From an uncultured Acidobacteriota bacterium (GTDB taxonomy: Bacteria > Acidobacteriota > UBA6911): a stretch of DNA of 64,000 nucleotides. Under the pieces are notes generated by a model, which was given only the letters and a program-made list of their open reading frames with translations, did not search any database and was not told where the DNA came from. A program made the translations under genes and the position numbers. The stretch lies in assembly GCA_964481255.1 (NCBI GenBank), contig CAYZTZ010000003.1, forward strand, positions 1,174-65,173, in the 5' to 3' direction. Shown here piece by piece: positions 39,938 to 50,415 of the stretch (its first letter is position 1; the number at the start of each line of letters is the position of its first letter).

Positions 39938-42900
39938 TCATGGAATGACGTCCACCGATCCCGGCCCGCAGATCCCCTCGATCTCCCGGATCAGCTCCGG
40001 GCTGGATTTCACCTTGACGAAATCTGCGGACTGGATGTTAACACGGAAACGGGACGGATGGTATAGCTCAACTTCGACGCCGGTTTCCCCGCGGTGGTTC
40101 TCCAGCAGGCGGTAGAGCAGGGCGGCGGAATCCGGGGCGAGATCGGCGACGCGGGCGCGGATGCGGAGAGTCCTGGCGTTGCGCTCGGAGATTCCCGAGA
40201 GGGGCTGAACGTCGGAAGCGATCAGCTTGAAATTGTTCTCATCCTCGACCTCGAAGCGTCCGGAGACGAGAATGGGATGATCCGCCGAGAGGTGCGATTC
40301 GAACTTGGAATACGAATTGGGGAAAACGACGGTTTCCACCGACCCGGTCATGTCCTCGAGATTGAAGACGGCCATCCGTTCGCCCTTCTTCGTGCGGCGC
40401 GGCCGGCAGTCCGTGACGATGCCGGCGACCTTGCAGTCGGCGCTTTTCGGTTCGCTTTTCAGGTCGGCGATGCTCTTGGTGGTGAAGCGGGAGATCTCGG
40501 CCGCGAAGCGGTCCAGGGGGTGCCCGGAGACATAAAAGCCCAGCGTCTCCTTTTCGTAATTCAGGCGCTGCTCGACGCTCCATTCCGGGATGTCGGGCGG
40601 GGAGGGTTCGGACAGGGCGGACTCGGACGCCAGGCCGGCGAAAAGCCCCTTCTGCCCGCTCTCGCGGTCGCGCCGGACCTTCTGGCCGTGCTCGATGGCC
40701 GCGTCGATCATCTCCATGCATTGGGACCGCTTCCAGCCGAGCGAGTCCAGGGCGCCGCTCTTGACGAGGCTTTCAAGGATCCTCTTGTTCAGGGAGCGCG
40801 AATCCACCTCCGCGCAGAAATGAAAGAGGCTGCGGAAGCGCCCCTGGCGCTCGCGCGACTGCAGGATGGAGCGAATCGCCCCTTCGCCCACGTTGCGGAT
40901 GGCCAGCATGCCGAAGCGGATCCTCCCGCCGACGGAGAGGAAATCCAGCCCGCTTTCGTTGATATCGGGCGGCAGGACCGGGATGCCCATCTGCTTGCAC
41001 TCGGCGATGTACATCACGATCTTGTCCGTGTTGCCGATTTCGCTCGACAGCAGGGCGGCCATGAACGGAACAGGATAATGGGCCTTCAGGTAGGCCGTCT
41101 GATAGGCCAGCAGGGCGTACGCGGTGCTGTGCGACTTGTTGAATCCATACTCGGCGAACTGGGCCATGCGGTCGAAAACTTCGGCCGCGATTCTTTCGGG
41201 GATCCTGTTTTTGCGGGCGCCCTGAATGAACTTGTCCCGCATGGAGGCCATCTCGGAAGGGGATTTTTTCCCCATCGCGCGGCGCAGAATGTCGGCCTCG
41301 CCCAGGGAAAAGCCGGCCATTCTGCTGGCGATCTGCATCACCTGCTCCTGATAGACGATGACGCCGTAGGTTTCCTTGAGAATCTCCTCCAGAATGGGAT
41401 GCGGATAGCGGACCCCGAGGGCCCCATGCTTGCACCGGATAAAATCGGGGATCATATCCATGGGCCCCGGACGGTACAGCGCGTTCAAGGCGATGAGGTC
41501 CTCGAAACGCTCCGGCTTCAGGCGCCGCAATTCGTTTTTCATGCCCGCGCTCTCGAACTGGAATATTCCGTTCGTGCGCGCTTCGAAGAACAGGTTGAAG
41601 ACCTTCGGGTCCGTCAGGGGTATCGAGGCGAGATCGAGGGCGATTCCCGTTTCCTCCCGGACGCGCCGGATCGTGTTGTCGATGACGGTCAGGGTCGCCA
41701 GTGCCAGGAAATCCATCTTGAGCAGGCCGATGGCGTACAGATCCTTCATGCTGTACTGGGTGGTGATCTCGTCCTTGTTCGTCTTCTGCAGAGGGACCAG
41801 CTCCACCAGAGGCCGGGGCGCGATGACCACTCCGGCGGCGTGGGTCGACGAATGCCGGGACAGACCCTCGAGGCGCTTGCTGATCTCGATCAGCTGCTCG
41901 ATCGCAGGGTTTTTCATCTCCTCTTTCAGACGCGGCTCCTGGGCCAGAGCCTTGTCGATGGTCGCGTTCGGCTCCGCCGGGATCAGCCGGGCGATGCGGT
42001 CGACCTCGGCGTAGGGTATGCTGAGGGCCCGTCCCACGTCGCGGATCACGCCGCGGGCGGCCATCGTGCCGAAGGTGATGATCTGGCAGACGTTGTCGCG
42101 CCCGTACTTGTCGGCGACATAGTCGATCACCTCCGCCCGGCGGTTCATGCAGAAATCCATATCGATGTCGGGCGGCGTCTTGCGCTCGGGATTGAGGAAA
42201 CGCTCGAAGAAAAGCTCGTACTGAAGGGGATCGATGTCGGTGATCTGCAGGCAGTAGGCCACGAGGCTTCCCACCACCGAGCCGCGGCCCGGCCCGACCG
42301 GGATCGAACGATCGCGGGCGTATTTAATCAGGTCCCAGACGATGAGAAAATAGCTGGAGAACTCCATCCTCTGGATCATGTCGATCTCGGACGCGAGGCG
42401 CTCCTCGTATTCGGCCATGCGGTGTCTGAGGCGTCCCGCGGCCGCCAGGGCGGCGAGATGGGGGCGCTTCTGCTCAAACCCATCGCGCACCACCTTTTCA
42501 AAATAGCTGTCGGCCGTGAATCCGGGAGGGACTTCGAACGGCGGGAGGGGCTGCTTGGTCTCGATTTCAAAACCGCAGCGCTCGGCGATCCGCACCGTGT
42601 TCTGCATGGCCTCGGGCAATGCGCCCCACAGCTGATGCATCTCCTCGTAGGACTTGAAGTAGAACTGGTCGGTTTCGTACCGCATGCGGTCCGGCTGGCT
42701 CACCACCTTGTTGGTGCCGATGCAGAGGAGAACGTCGTGCGCAACGCTGTCCTCGCGGCGGAGATAATGGGCGTCGTTCGTGCAAACCAGCGGAATGCCG
42801 GTTTTGCGGGATATCTCGACAATCCGCGGATTGACGCTTTGCTGTGCGGGGAGGTTGTGGTCCTGCAGCTCCAGGTAGAAGTTTCCCTTGCCGAAGATGT

Positions 42901-43396
42901 CGCGCAGCGCCGCGGCCTCCTCCATGGCCGAGTCGGTCTGCTCCATCAGCAGTTTCTGAGCGACGGCGCCCTTGAGACATGCGGACAGGGCGATAAGCCC
43001 CCCGCTGTATTGAGACAGCAGCTCCCTGTCGACGCGCGGCTTGTAATAAAAACCCTCGAGGTAGCCGTAGGAAACCAGTTTGCTGAGATTGTGATAGCCG
43101 GTGAGGGTCTCGGCCAGCACCACCAGGTGGTTCGATTGGTCCCCGCCGCCGCTTTTTTTGTGGCGGCTTTCCTTGGCCACGTAGATCTCGCAGCCGATGA
43201 TCGGCTTGACGCCCTTGTTGCGGGCGGCGGCGTAGAACTGGACGGCGCCGAAGAGATTCCCGTGGTCCGTCAGAGCCACGGCGGGCATCCCCATCGATTT
43301 CGCGGCATCCACCAGGGCCTCGACCTTGGCCGCGCCGTCCAGGAGGCTGTAATCGGAGTGATTATGCAGGTGAACGAAAGGCGTGAACTCTGCCAC
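39938..43396 (-). CDS. dnaE: DNA polymerase III subunit alpha
   Basis: 1152 aa. PHP domain (FVHLHNHSDYSLLDG), polymerase core, and OB fold. Confidence 0.95.
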   Translation of the reverse strand: MAEFTPFVHLHNHSDYSLLDGAAKVEALVDAAKSMGMPAVALTDHGNLFGAVQFYAAARNKGVKPIIGCEIYVAKESRHKKSGGGDQSNHLVVLAETLTGYHNLSKLVSYGYLEGFYYKPRVDRELLSQYSGGLIALSACLKGAVAQKLLMEQTDSAMEEAAALRDIFGKGNFYLELQDHNLPAQQSVNPRIVEISRKTGIPLVCTNDAHYLRREDSVAHDVLLCIGTNKVVSQPDRMRYETDQFYFKSYEEMHQLWGALPEAMQNTVRIAERCGFEIETKQPLPPFEVPPGFTADSYFEKVVRDGFEQKRPHLAALAAAGRLRHRMAEYEERLASEIDMIQRMEFSSYFLIVWDLIKYARDRSIPVGPGRGSVVGSLVAYCLQITDIDPLQYELFFERFLNPERKTPPDIDMDFCMNRRAEVIDYVADKYGRDNVCQIITFGTMAARGVIRDVGRALSIPYAEVDRIARLIPAEPNATIDKALAQEPRLKEEMKNPAIEQLIEISKRLEGLSRHSSTHAAGVVIAPRPLVELVPLQKTNKDEITTQYSMKDLYAIGLLKMDFLALATLTVIDNTIRRVREETGIALDLASIPLTDPKVFNLFFEARTNGIFQFESAGMKNELRRLKPERFEDLIALNALYRPGPMDMIPDFIRCKHGALGVRYPHPILEEILKETYGVIVYQEQVMQIASRMAGFSLGEADILRRAMGKKSPSEMASMRDKFIQGARKNRIPERIAAEVFDRMAQFAEYGFNKSHSTAYALLAYQTAYLKAHYPVPFMAALLSSEIGNTDKIVMYIAECKQMGIPVLPPDINESGLDFLSVGGRIRFGMLAIRNVGEGAIRSILQSRERQGRFRSLFHFCAEVDSRSLNKRILESLVKSGALDSLGWKRSQCMEMIDAAIEHGQKVRRDRESGQKGLFAGLASESALSEPSPPDIPEWSVEQRLNYEKETLGFYVSGHPLDRFAAEISRFTTKSIADLKSEPKSADCKVAGIVTDCRPRRTKKGERMAVFNLEDMTGSVETVVFPNSYSKFESHLSADHPILVSGRFEVEDENNFKLIASDVQPLSGISERNARTLRIRARVADLAPDSAALLYRLLENHRGETGVEVELYHPSRFRVNIQSADFVKVKSSPELIREIEGICGPGSVDVIP

Positions 43397-43399
43397 TGG

Positions 43400-44938
43400 C
43401 TACTCCCATTCGATGGTGCCCGGTGGTTTCGAGGTGATGTCGTAGACGACGCGGTTGATGCCGCGCACTTCGTTCACGATGCGGGTCGAAATCCTCTCGA
43501 GAACGGCGTGGGGAAGCCGGGCCCAGTCGGCCGTCATCCCGTCCAGGCTGGTCACCGCCCTCAGGGCCGCCACATTCTCGTAAGTCCGGTCGTCTCCCAT
43601 GACGCCCACGGTTTGAACCGGGAGCAGAACGACAAAAGACTGCCACAGCTCCTCGTCCAGGCGCCCGCGCTCGATCTCCTCGCGGGCGACGGCGTCCGCT
43701 TCCCGAAGCATCCGGAGGCGTTCCTCCGTCACGGGTCCGAGGATGCGAACCGCCAGGCCGGGACCCGGAAAAGGCTGACGGTACACGAACCGCCGGTCCA
43801 TGCCGAGCTGCTCGCCGACCTTTCGGACCTCGTCCTTGAAGAGCTCCCTCAGAGGCTCGATGAGCTCGAAGTTCATGCTCGAAGGCAAACCGCCCACGTT
43901 GTGGTGCGATTTGATCACCGCCGAAGGGCCGCGCACGGAAGTCGATTCGATCACGTCGGGATACAGGGTCCCCTGGACCAGGAACGGAGGGTTGCCGAGT
44001 TTGGCGGCCTCCTCCTCGAAAACCCTTATGAATTCCTCCCCGATAATCTTGCGCTTCGTTTCGGGGTCCGCCACGCCCCGCAGGCGGGAAAGGAATCTCA
44101 GGCCGGCATCGACACCGAGGATCCTCAGACGCAGGCGGTCGCGCAGATCGGCCAGCACCGACTCGAACTCGTTTTTGCGCAGGAGCCCGTTGTCGACGAA
44201 AATGCATGTCAGACGGTCGCCGATGGCCCTGTGGACCAGCAGTGCGGCCACCGTGGAGTCCACTCCGCCGCTCAGGCCGCACAGGGCCGTCCGCGAACCG
44301 ACTCGATCGGCGATCTCCCGAACGGTCGAGTCGATGAAGGCGGCCATCGTCCATTCCCGCCTGCAGCCGCAGGCCCGCGAGAGGAAATTATCGAGGATCG
44401 CGGTCCCATGGTGCGTGTGGACGACCTCGGGGTGAAACTGCAGGCCCCAGATCCTGCGCGTTTCATCGGCCGCGGCCGCAACGACGTCTCCGGACATGGC
44501 CTGAATCTCGAAACCCGGGGGAAGGCGGTCCACCCGGTCCCCATGGCTCATCCATCCCTGAAATTCGGCGGGAACTCCCGCAAAAAGAGCCCCGGGGCGC
44601 ACCACGTCGACCATGGCCTTGCCGAATTCGCGCCGATCGCCGCCCGAAACGACGGTCCCCCCGAGCGTGCGAGCCAGCAGTTGCAGACCGTAGCAGATCC
44701 CCAGGATGGGAATCCCGATGTCGAAAAACGCTCGGGGGAGGGAAGGGCTTCCTTCGCGCAGAACAGAGTCGGGACTTCCGGAGAGGATCACCCCCGCGGG
44801 TTTCATATCCAGGATCTTTTCCTCGGCCCCGTGATAAGGGACGATCTCGCAATAGACGGACAACTCCCGAACCCGGCGCGCGATGAGCTGGGTGTACTGA
44901 GAACCGAAATCCAGTATTAAAATGGTTTCGCGGTGAAT
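43400..44938 (-). CDS. guaA: GMP synthase (glutamine-hydrolysing); start codon non-canonical or unresolved
   Basis: GICYG (GATase), SGGVDS (PP-loop) and C-terminal KPPGTIEWE. The conserved N-terminus [25 protein letters not shown] is encoded upstream of the first TTG (44863), with no in-frame ATG/GTG/TTG. An ATT at 44938 follows GGAGCGAGG. Confidence 0.85.
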   Translation of the reverse strand: MHRETILILDFGSQYTQLIARRVRELSVYCEIVPYHGAEEKILDMKPAGVILSGSPDSVLREGSPSLPRAFFDIGIPILGICYGLQLLARTLGGTVVSGGDRREFGKAMVDVVRPGALFAGVPAEFQGWMSHGDRVDRLPPGFEIQAMSGDVVAAAADETRRIWGLQFHPEVVHTHHGTAILDNFLSRACGCRREWTMAAFIDSTVREIADRVGSRTALCGLSGGVDSTVAALLVHRAIGDRLTCIFVDNGLLRKNEFESVLADLRDRLRLRILGVDAGLRFLSRLRGVADPETKRKIIGEEFIRVFEEEAAKLGNPPFLVQGTLYPDVIESTSVRGPSAVIKSHHNVGGLPSSMNFELIEPLRELFKDEVRKVGEQLGMDRRFVYRQPFPGPGLAVRILGPVTEERLRMLREADAVAREEIERGRLDEELWQSFVVLLPVQTVGVMGDDRTYENVAALRAVTSLDGMTADWARLPHAVLERISTRIVNEVRGINRVVYDITSKPPGTIEWE

Positions 44939-45032
44939 AGGCCTCGCTCCAGAATGAGTCCTGCTGCCATCATGCGGACCTCATAAGTTATCGCAGGCGG
45001 CTCCCGATTTCAACGGCAACAAGGGACGAAAG

Positions 45033-45200
45033 GTATCCGGTGGGTTATGGCCGGGAGAAAGGGCAAGCAGCCGCGGGCATACGCCGACAAAACGCTGACC
45101 GACGCTGATATGCGGCCGGTGCACAAACGCGGTGCATGTCGGCTTATGTCGGCGGTGGTCGGCGGTCAACCTTTCCTGCCCGGCGTAACCGACCGGGTGC
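45033..45200 (+). ncRNA. candidate structured RNA: 168-nt rod-like imperfect hairpin (family unknown, 6S-like shape)
   Basis: GTATCCGGTGGGTTATGGCCGGGAGAAAGG (45033-45062) pairs with CCTTTCCTGCCCGGCGTAACCGACCGGGTGC (45170-45200). The apical hairpin is GTGCAC-aaacgcg-GTGCAT (45119-45137). Several G-U pairs exist only on the plus strand. Confidence 0.3.
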
Positions 45201-45402
45201 GACGAAGCGAGGGGAGGCGCTTCAAGGAGCGCACCCCGGAGTTCCCATCCCTTGCGCCGATAGCAAGCCGCGGCTTCCCTGGATGTAGTAATATGGCAGG
45301 CGCCGCCCCGGCGCGGCGTCGGACGGAAAAGACGGGAGCCGACAAAGCAAAGGCGCGTTGGAGGGAACGGACGGATTCGTTGCAAACCTCAGGGGACAAG
45401 CG

Positions 45403-45678
45403 ATGAACTACTATCTGCTTTTTTATTATGTGGTGGAAGATTACGCGGCGCGCAGGGCTCCCCTGCGCGAGGAGCATCTGCGTCTTGTCCGGGAGGCGCA
45501 CAGCCGCGGCGAAATCGTTATGGCGGGGGCTCTGGCCGATCCTGTGGACCAGGCGGTTCTTGTTTTTCAATGTCCCGACCGGAGCGTGATTGAAGAGTTT
45601 GTGCGCCGCGACCCCTATGTCGGGCACGGTCTCGTCCGGCGCTGGGAAATAAGGCCGTGGACCGTGGTCGTGCCCTAG
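45403..45678 (+). CDS. YciI-like protein
   Basis: About 91 aa. [14 protein letters not shown]...RPLREEHL...GALADP...DPY fits the YciI/DGPF fold family pattern. Confidence 0.7.
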   Translation: MNYYLLFYYVVEDYAARRAPLREEHLRLVREAHSRGEIVMAGALADPVDQAVLVFQCPDRSVIEEFVRRDPYVGHGLVRRWEIRPWTVVVP

Positions 45679-45746
45679 AGTCCCCGCAGGGAACAGAGGC
45701 CGCCGCGCAGCGATTCAAGCTGCCAGCCTCAAGCGCGGCGCTCCAT

Positions 45747-46631
45747 TCATACGATCAGCTTGTTCAGGGGATACTCGATGATGCCCTGAGCCCCGGCCCT
45801 TTTAAGATCGGGGATCATGCGCTTCACCACGCTCTCGTGCACGACCACCTCAAGCGCCATCCAGCCGGGAATCGTAAGCGGGCTGACCGTGGGTCTCTTC
45901 AGGGAAGGGAGCAGGGCCATGATTTTGGGCAGATCGCTTTTTTTCAGATTCATCTTGAGTCCTACCATGCCTTCCGCGGCCAGGGCCCCCTTGAGAAGAA
46001 TGGCGATATTCTCCATTTTTTCCCGCTTCCATGGATCCTTCCAGGCCTCTCTATTGGCGATGAAGCGCGTCGTCGAGGACAGGACCTCCTCGATGATCCG
46101 AAGCTGATTCGCCTTGAGCGAACGTCCGGTTTCCGTCAGCTCGACAATGGCGTCGACAAGAATCCCGGCCTTGGCCTCCGTGGCGCCCCAGGAATATTCC
46201 ACCCGGGCCCTCACCTTCCTGTCCGCGAAATATTTCCGGACATAGCGGACCAGTTCCGTGGCGACGGTTTTCCCATCAAGATCCCGGACGGAACGTATCC
46301 TGGAACTCTCGGGCACCGCCAGGACCCAGTGCACGGGCTTGAAGCCGGACTTGCCGTAAACCAGCTCGCAGATTTCCTTGACCCTGGCGCCGGTTTCCAG
46401 GATCCAGTCCTGTCCCGTGATGCCCGCGTCGAAAAGACCGTCCTGAACGTATTTCGCCATTTCCTGCGAACGGATGAGCATGACGTCAATCTCTTCGTCG
46501 TCGCAATAGGGAAAATACGACCGGTCGCTGGCGCTGATGCGGATTCCCGCCTTTCGAAACAGCTCGATCGTCGATTCCTGCAGGCTGCCCTTGGGCAGCC
46601 CAATTTTCAGCATCTTTTTGCCGGAGGCCAT
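45747..46631 (-). CDS. hisG: ATP phosphoribosyltransferase (long form)
   Basis: [29 protein letters not shown] and [12 protein letters not shown], plus a C-terminal regulatory domain. Confidence 0.88.
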   Translation of the reverse strand: MASGKKMLKIGLPKGSLQESTIELFRKAGIRISASDRSYFPYCDDEEIDVMLIRSQEMAKYVQDGLFDAGITGQDWILETGARVKEICELVYGKSGFKPVHWVLAVPESSRIRSVRDLDGKTVATELVRYVRKYFADRKVRARVEYSWGATEAKAGILVDAIVELTETGRSLKANQLRIIEEVLSSTTRFIANREAWKDPWKREKMENIAILLKGALAAEGMVGLKMNLKKSDLPKIMALLPSLKRPTVSPLTIPGWMALEVVVHESVVKRMIPDLKRAGAQGIIEYPLNKLIV

Positions 46632-46817
46632 GGCTTTTACCCCGCTAACGATTCCATGTTCAGAGGCGAAAGAATAATACCGCCGGATGAAGATTTCCAC
46701 CGGATTCCGGCGGCATCGGGCGATTCGGCGTCCTTTGCGCCCCGGCCCGGCCTCATTCTCAGAGTTTTGCGGCCGCGGCGATCTGTGTTATTCCTTTATG
46801 CAGGGACGGAAAAGACG

Positions 46818-48020
46818 ATGGAAAGCGGCGAATACATTCGATTGGAGGAAACTTACGGCGCCCATAACTACAAGCCACTGGACGTGGTGCTCGCCCGCGG
46901 ACGGGGCATATGGGTATGGGACGTCGACGGCAACCGCTATCTGGACTGCCTGTCCGCTTATTCGGCCGTCAATCAGGGCCACTGTCATCCGCGGATCCTG
47001 GCGGCCATGAAAGAGCAGGCCGAAAAACTGACCCTCACTTCGCGCGCCTTCCGCAACGATCAGTTGGGCCTCTTTTACAAAGAGATCTGCGAACTGACGC
47101 GGTCCCACAAGATACTGCCCATGAACAGCGGGGCGGAGGCGGTGGAGACCGTCATCAAGGCCGTGCGCAAATGGGGCTACCGGATCAAGGGGGTGCCTCG
47201 CGACCAGGCCGAAATCATTGTCTGCGAAAACAACTTTCACGGCCGCACCATCACCGTGATCGGTTTCAGCACGGAGGAACACTACCGGGAGGGTTTCGGC
47301 CCTTTCACGCCCGGTTTCAAGATCATTCCATTCGGCGACGCCCGGGCCCTGGAAAAGGCCATCACGGCGAATACGGTCGGATTCCTTGTCGAGCCGATAC
47401 AGGGCGAGGCCGGGGTCCTGGTTCCGCCGCCGGGCTATCTGGCGGAGGCCCAGGCTATATGCGCCAGGAACCGGGTGGTCTTCATTCTGGACGAGATCCA
47501 GACGGGTCTCGGCCGAACCGGCAAGCTCCTCGCCGAAGAGCACGATCAGATTGAGGCCGATTTGACCATAATAGGCAAGGCTCTTTCGGGCGGCTTTTAC
47601 CCCATTTCGGCCGTGCTGTCCAACACCGAGGTGCTCGGTGTGCTGCGTCCGGGAGAACACGGCAGCACATTCGGCGGCAATCCCCTTGCCTGCGCCGTTG
47701 CCCGGGCCGCGGTCCGCGTTCTGATCGAGGAGGGGATGATTGAGAACTCCGCCGTCATGGGCGAATATTTCATGCAGGGCCTCAGGAGTATCCGCAGCCC
47801 CTGGATTAAAGAGGTCCGCGGGAAGGGGTTGATGATCGGCGTCGAGCTTGTGCCTGAGGCCGGAGGGGCCAGGCGTTTCTGCGAGAAACTCATGACCCGG
47901 GGCCTTCTTTGCAAGGAAACTCACGAAAACACCGTCCGGTTCGCGCCGCCCCTGATCATAAGGAAAGAGGAAATCGACTGGGCGCTTGAAAGGATCGAGC
48001 CTGTTTTCGTGAATCCCTAG
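46818..48020 (+). CDS. rocD: ornithine--oxo-acid aminotransferase
   Basis: [46 protein letters not shown]. Only the last 400 aa of the 787-aa track ORF are real. Confidence 0.88.
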   Translation: MESGEYIRLEETYGAHNYKPLDVVLARGRGIWVWDVDGNRYLDCLSAYSAVNQGHCHPRILAAMKEQAEKLTLTSRAFRNDQLGLFYKEICELTRSHKILPMNSGAEAVETVIKAVRKWGYRIKGVPRDQAEIIVCENNFHGRTITVIGFSTEEHYREGFGPFTPGFKIIPFGDARALEKAITANTVGFLVEPIQGEAGVLVPPPGYLAEAQAICARNRVVFILDEIQTGLGRTGKLLAEEHDQIEADLTIIGKALSGGFYPISAVLSNTEVLGVLRPGEHGSTFGGNPLACAVARAAVRVLIEEGMIENSAVMGEYFMQGLRSIRSPWIKEVRGKGLMIGVELVPEAGGARRFCEKLMTRGLLCKETHENTVRFAPPLIIRKEEIDWALERIEPVFVNP

Positions 48021-48106
48021 ATCCTTGGGCCAACCATCGCCGATGGGGTCCGGAGGATCCATGGCGGGCGCTCGGCTCCATGCTTTTTTACCATCCGGGA
48101 TACGGG

Positions 48107-48940
48107 ATGCAGATACTCGCAGCGGCGATTCTGGGAGTCATTCAGGGCCTCACGGAATTCCTCCCCATCAGCAGTTCGGCGCACCTGATACTTGTGCCGT
48201 GGTTTCTAGGCTGGAAGCCTGAGGGGCTCGCCTTTGACGTGGCCCTTCATGTCGGCACCGCCGTCGCCGTCTTGGCTTATTTCTGGAAAGACTGGATGCG
48301 TCTGGCCGGAGAAGCCCTGGCCGGCCTTAGGCGGCGCAATCCCTGCGCCACGCAGCCCGCGAAGCTGTTCTGGCTTCTTGCAGTCGGGACGCTGCCCGCC
48401 CTCGTCGCCGGACTCGCCCTGGAGAAAACCGTCGAGGCGCGGCTGCGTTCTCCCCTGGTCATCGTTCTCACCCTGGCCGGCTTGGCGGTCCTGCTTTTTC
48501 TTGCCGAGCGAAAGAGCCGCCTAAACCGTTCCATCGAAGCTTATACATGGTCCGACGCCGTCTGGATCGGGCTTTGCCAGGCCGCCGCCCTGATCCCCGG
48601 AGTATCCCGAAGCGGCGTCACCATGACCGCCGCCCTTTACCGGAACAGCGACCGCTCCAGCGCGGCGCGATTCTCTTTTCTGCTTTCCACGCCGGTCATT
48701 GTCGGGGCCGGAATGCTTCAAGGATGGCGGCTGGCGGAATCGGCGCTTCATCCCGGAGCCGCGGCCGTCCCCATCAACTGGGCGGCATTGGGCGCCGGGA
48801 CGGCAGTCGCGGCCGTCACCGGCTTTTTCTGCATCGGTTTTTTCCTGCGCTATCTTCGCACGAATACATTTACACCATTTGTTCTTTATCGAATAATATT
48901 TGCTGCTATAATCCTGGTCTATTACCTTAAATATTTCTAA
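48107..48940 (+). CDS. uppP: undecaprenyl-diphosphate phosphatase
   Basis: GLTEFLPISSSAHL and PGVSRSGVT are BacA/UppP motifs, in a multi-TM protein. Confidence 0.9.
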   Translation: MQILAAAILGVIQGLTEFLPISSSAHLILVPWFLGWKPEGLAFDVALHVGTAVAVLAYFWKDWMRLAGEALAGLRRRNPCATQPAKLFWLLAVGTLPALVAGLALEKTVEARLRSPLVIVLTLAGLAVLLFLAERKSRLNRSIEAYTWSDAVWIGLCQAAALIPGVSRSGVTMTAALYRNSDRSSAARFSFLLSTPVIVGAGMLQGWRLAESALHPGAAAVPINWAALGAGTAVAAVTGFFCIGFFLRYLRTNTFTPFVLYRIIFAAIILVYYLKYF

Positions 48941-49045
48941 TCCGCCGTTTTTCTGCTGAGTCGGTCGCGGGCTGTGCGGGCTGAATGCATGGCTGCAAAT
49001 CCGGCAGGGATTCATAAAGATTGCAGGTTCCGCAAGAGAAACAGG

Positions 49046-50410
49046 TCAGGTCTTGGGCGCCGACTTCTTTCTTCTACTGATTTCGGCGAGAATCTCGGCG
49101 ATCCGGCGTTCCATTCCCTGGTCGGTCGGGTGATAGTACCGGCGTCCGCGCAGGGTGTCGGGAAGGCACTCCATGTCCGCGACTTTTTCCTTGAGATCAT
49201 GGGCGTACTGGTAGCCTTTGCCGTATCCGAGCTCCTTCATCAGCTCGGTGGGCGCATTGCGGATATGGAGCGGAGGGGGCTCGTTCAGGGTGTTCTGAAC
49301 ATCGGAGACGACCTGGGAGTAGGCGGAATACAGAGAGTTGGATTTGGGCGCGACCGACAGGTACACGGCCGCCTGCGCCAGAGCCAGCTTGCATTCCGGC
49401 AGGCCGACAAGCTGAACCGCCTCCGCCGCGTCCAGCGCGACACTGAGAGCCCGGACATCGGCCATGCCCACATCTTCGGAGGCGAACCGGACCATGCGTC
49501 GCGCGATGTAAACCGGGTCCTCCCCCGCCTCCAGCATCCGTCCGAGCCAGTACAGGGACGCGTCCGGGTCGCTGTTGCGCATCGACTTGTGCAGAGCCGA
49601 AATAAGGTTGTAATGTTCCTCCCCCGCCTTGTCATATTGCAGGATTTTCCTCTGGAGCGCCGATTCAAGGTCGGAGGTGGTCAGAACCGGAGTCCCTTCG
49701 GCCGTGCGCCCCCTGGCCAGAGACACGGACAGTTCCAGAATGTTCAGGGCCACGCGGGCGTCGCCGTTGGAGTAGACGGCCAGCTGGCGCAGCACTTCAT
49801 CGGGGACGGCGACGGGGATGTTCCCCAGCCCAAACTCCTTATTGGAAAGGGCGCGCCGCAGTATCTCCTCAATCTCCTCGGGCTGCAGCGGGTTGAGCAC
49901 ATAGACCTTGCATCGGGAAAGCAGCGGGCCGATCACCTCAAAGGACGGGTTCTCCGTGGTCGCGCCGATCAGCACGATGACGCCCGATTCCACGTAGGGA
50001 AGGAAGGCGTCCTGCTGGGCCTTATTGAAACGGTGGATTTCATCGACGAAAACGACCGTTTTCCCCTGGGACCGGCGGAAATAGGTTTCGGCGTCGGCCA
50101 TGACGGTCTTGATTTCCTTGATTCCCGACAGGACGGCGCTGTAGGAGACGAAGGGAGACCGGGTCTGTCTCGCCATGACGCGCGCGAGGGTGGTCTTCCC
50201 GGTACCCGGCGGCCCCCAAAGAATGATGGAAGTCAGCTGGTCCTTTTCCACCATCACGCGCAGCACCTTGCCTTGCCCGATGAGATGCTGCTGCCCGACG
50301 ATTTCGTCCAGGGTGCGCGGGCGCAGGCGCTCGGCGAGGGGCGTCTCGCCGGTAATGGGTGGTTCCCCGGGTTCCGGGAAAAGCCTTTTCGTCATGACGG
50401 GCTCCATCAA
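49046..50410 (-). CDS. rarA: replication-associated recombination protein A (AAA+)
   Basis: GPPGTGKTT, VFVDEIHRFNK, and a C-terminal MgsA domain (YQYAHD). Confidence 0.9.
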   Translation of the reverse strand: MMEPVMTKRLFPEPGEPPITGETPLAERLRPRTLDEIVGQQHLIGQGKVLRVMVEKDQLTSIILWGPPGTGKTTLARVMARQTRSPFVSYSAVLSGIKEIKTVMADAETYFRRSQGKTVVFVDEIHRFNKAQQDAFLPYVESGVIVLIGATTENPSFEVIGPLLSRCKVYVLNPLQPEEIEEILRRALSNKEFGLGNIPVAVPDEVLRQLAVYSNGDARVALNILELSVSLARGRTAEGTPVLTTSDLESALQRKILQYDKAGEEHYNLISALHKSMRNSDPDASLYWLGRMLEAGEDPVYIARRMVRFASEDVGMADVRALSVALDAAEAVQLVGLPECKLALAQAAVYLSVAPKSNSLYSAYSQVVSDVQNTLNEPPPLHIRNAPTELMKELGYGKGYQYAHDLKEKVADMECLPDTLRGRRYYHPTDQGMERRIAEILAEISRRKKSAPKT

Positions 50411-50415
50411 GCTCT

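Noticed and set aside
40094-44920. A 1608-aa plus-strand ORF, the longest in the track.
   Set aside because: It lies entirely antisense to dnaE and guaA, both of which have unmistakable motifs. Its translation is Arg/Gly/Asp/His-rich low-complexity sequence with no domains. This is a typical stop-codon-poor shadow frame in GC-rich DNA.
44939-45402. RNase P RNA, tmRNA, SRP RNA, or a purine/ZTP/c-di-GMP/guanidine riboswitch in the long guaA/yciI spacer.
   Set aside because: I looked on both strands for the invariant strings: GAGGAAAGUCCGGGC and ACAGAAxCCGGCUUA for RNase P, a tRNA-like 3' end and tag ORF for tmRNA, GGAAGCAGCC in context for SRP, CCGCCUGGGC for ZTP, and others. I found only partial, out-of-order resemblances. 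The region is kept only as an unclassified structured-RNA candidate.
45657-46817. The N-terminal 387 aa of the 787-aa ORF that ends as rocD.
   Set aside because: This part is antisense to hisG and has no aminotransferase similarity. The RocD homology starts at [20 protein letters not shown] (ATG 46818), which is preceded by a GGACGGA ribosome-binding site.
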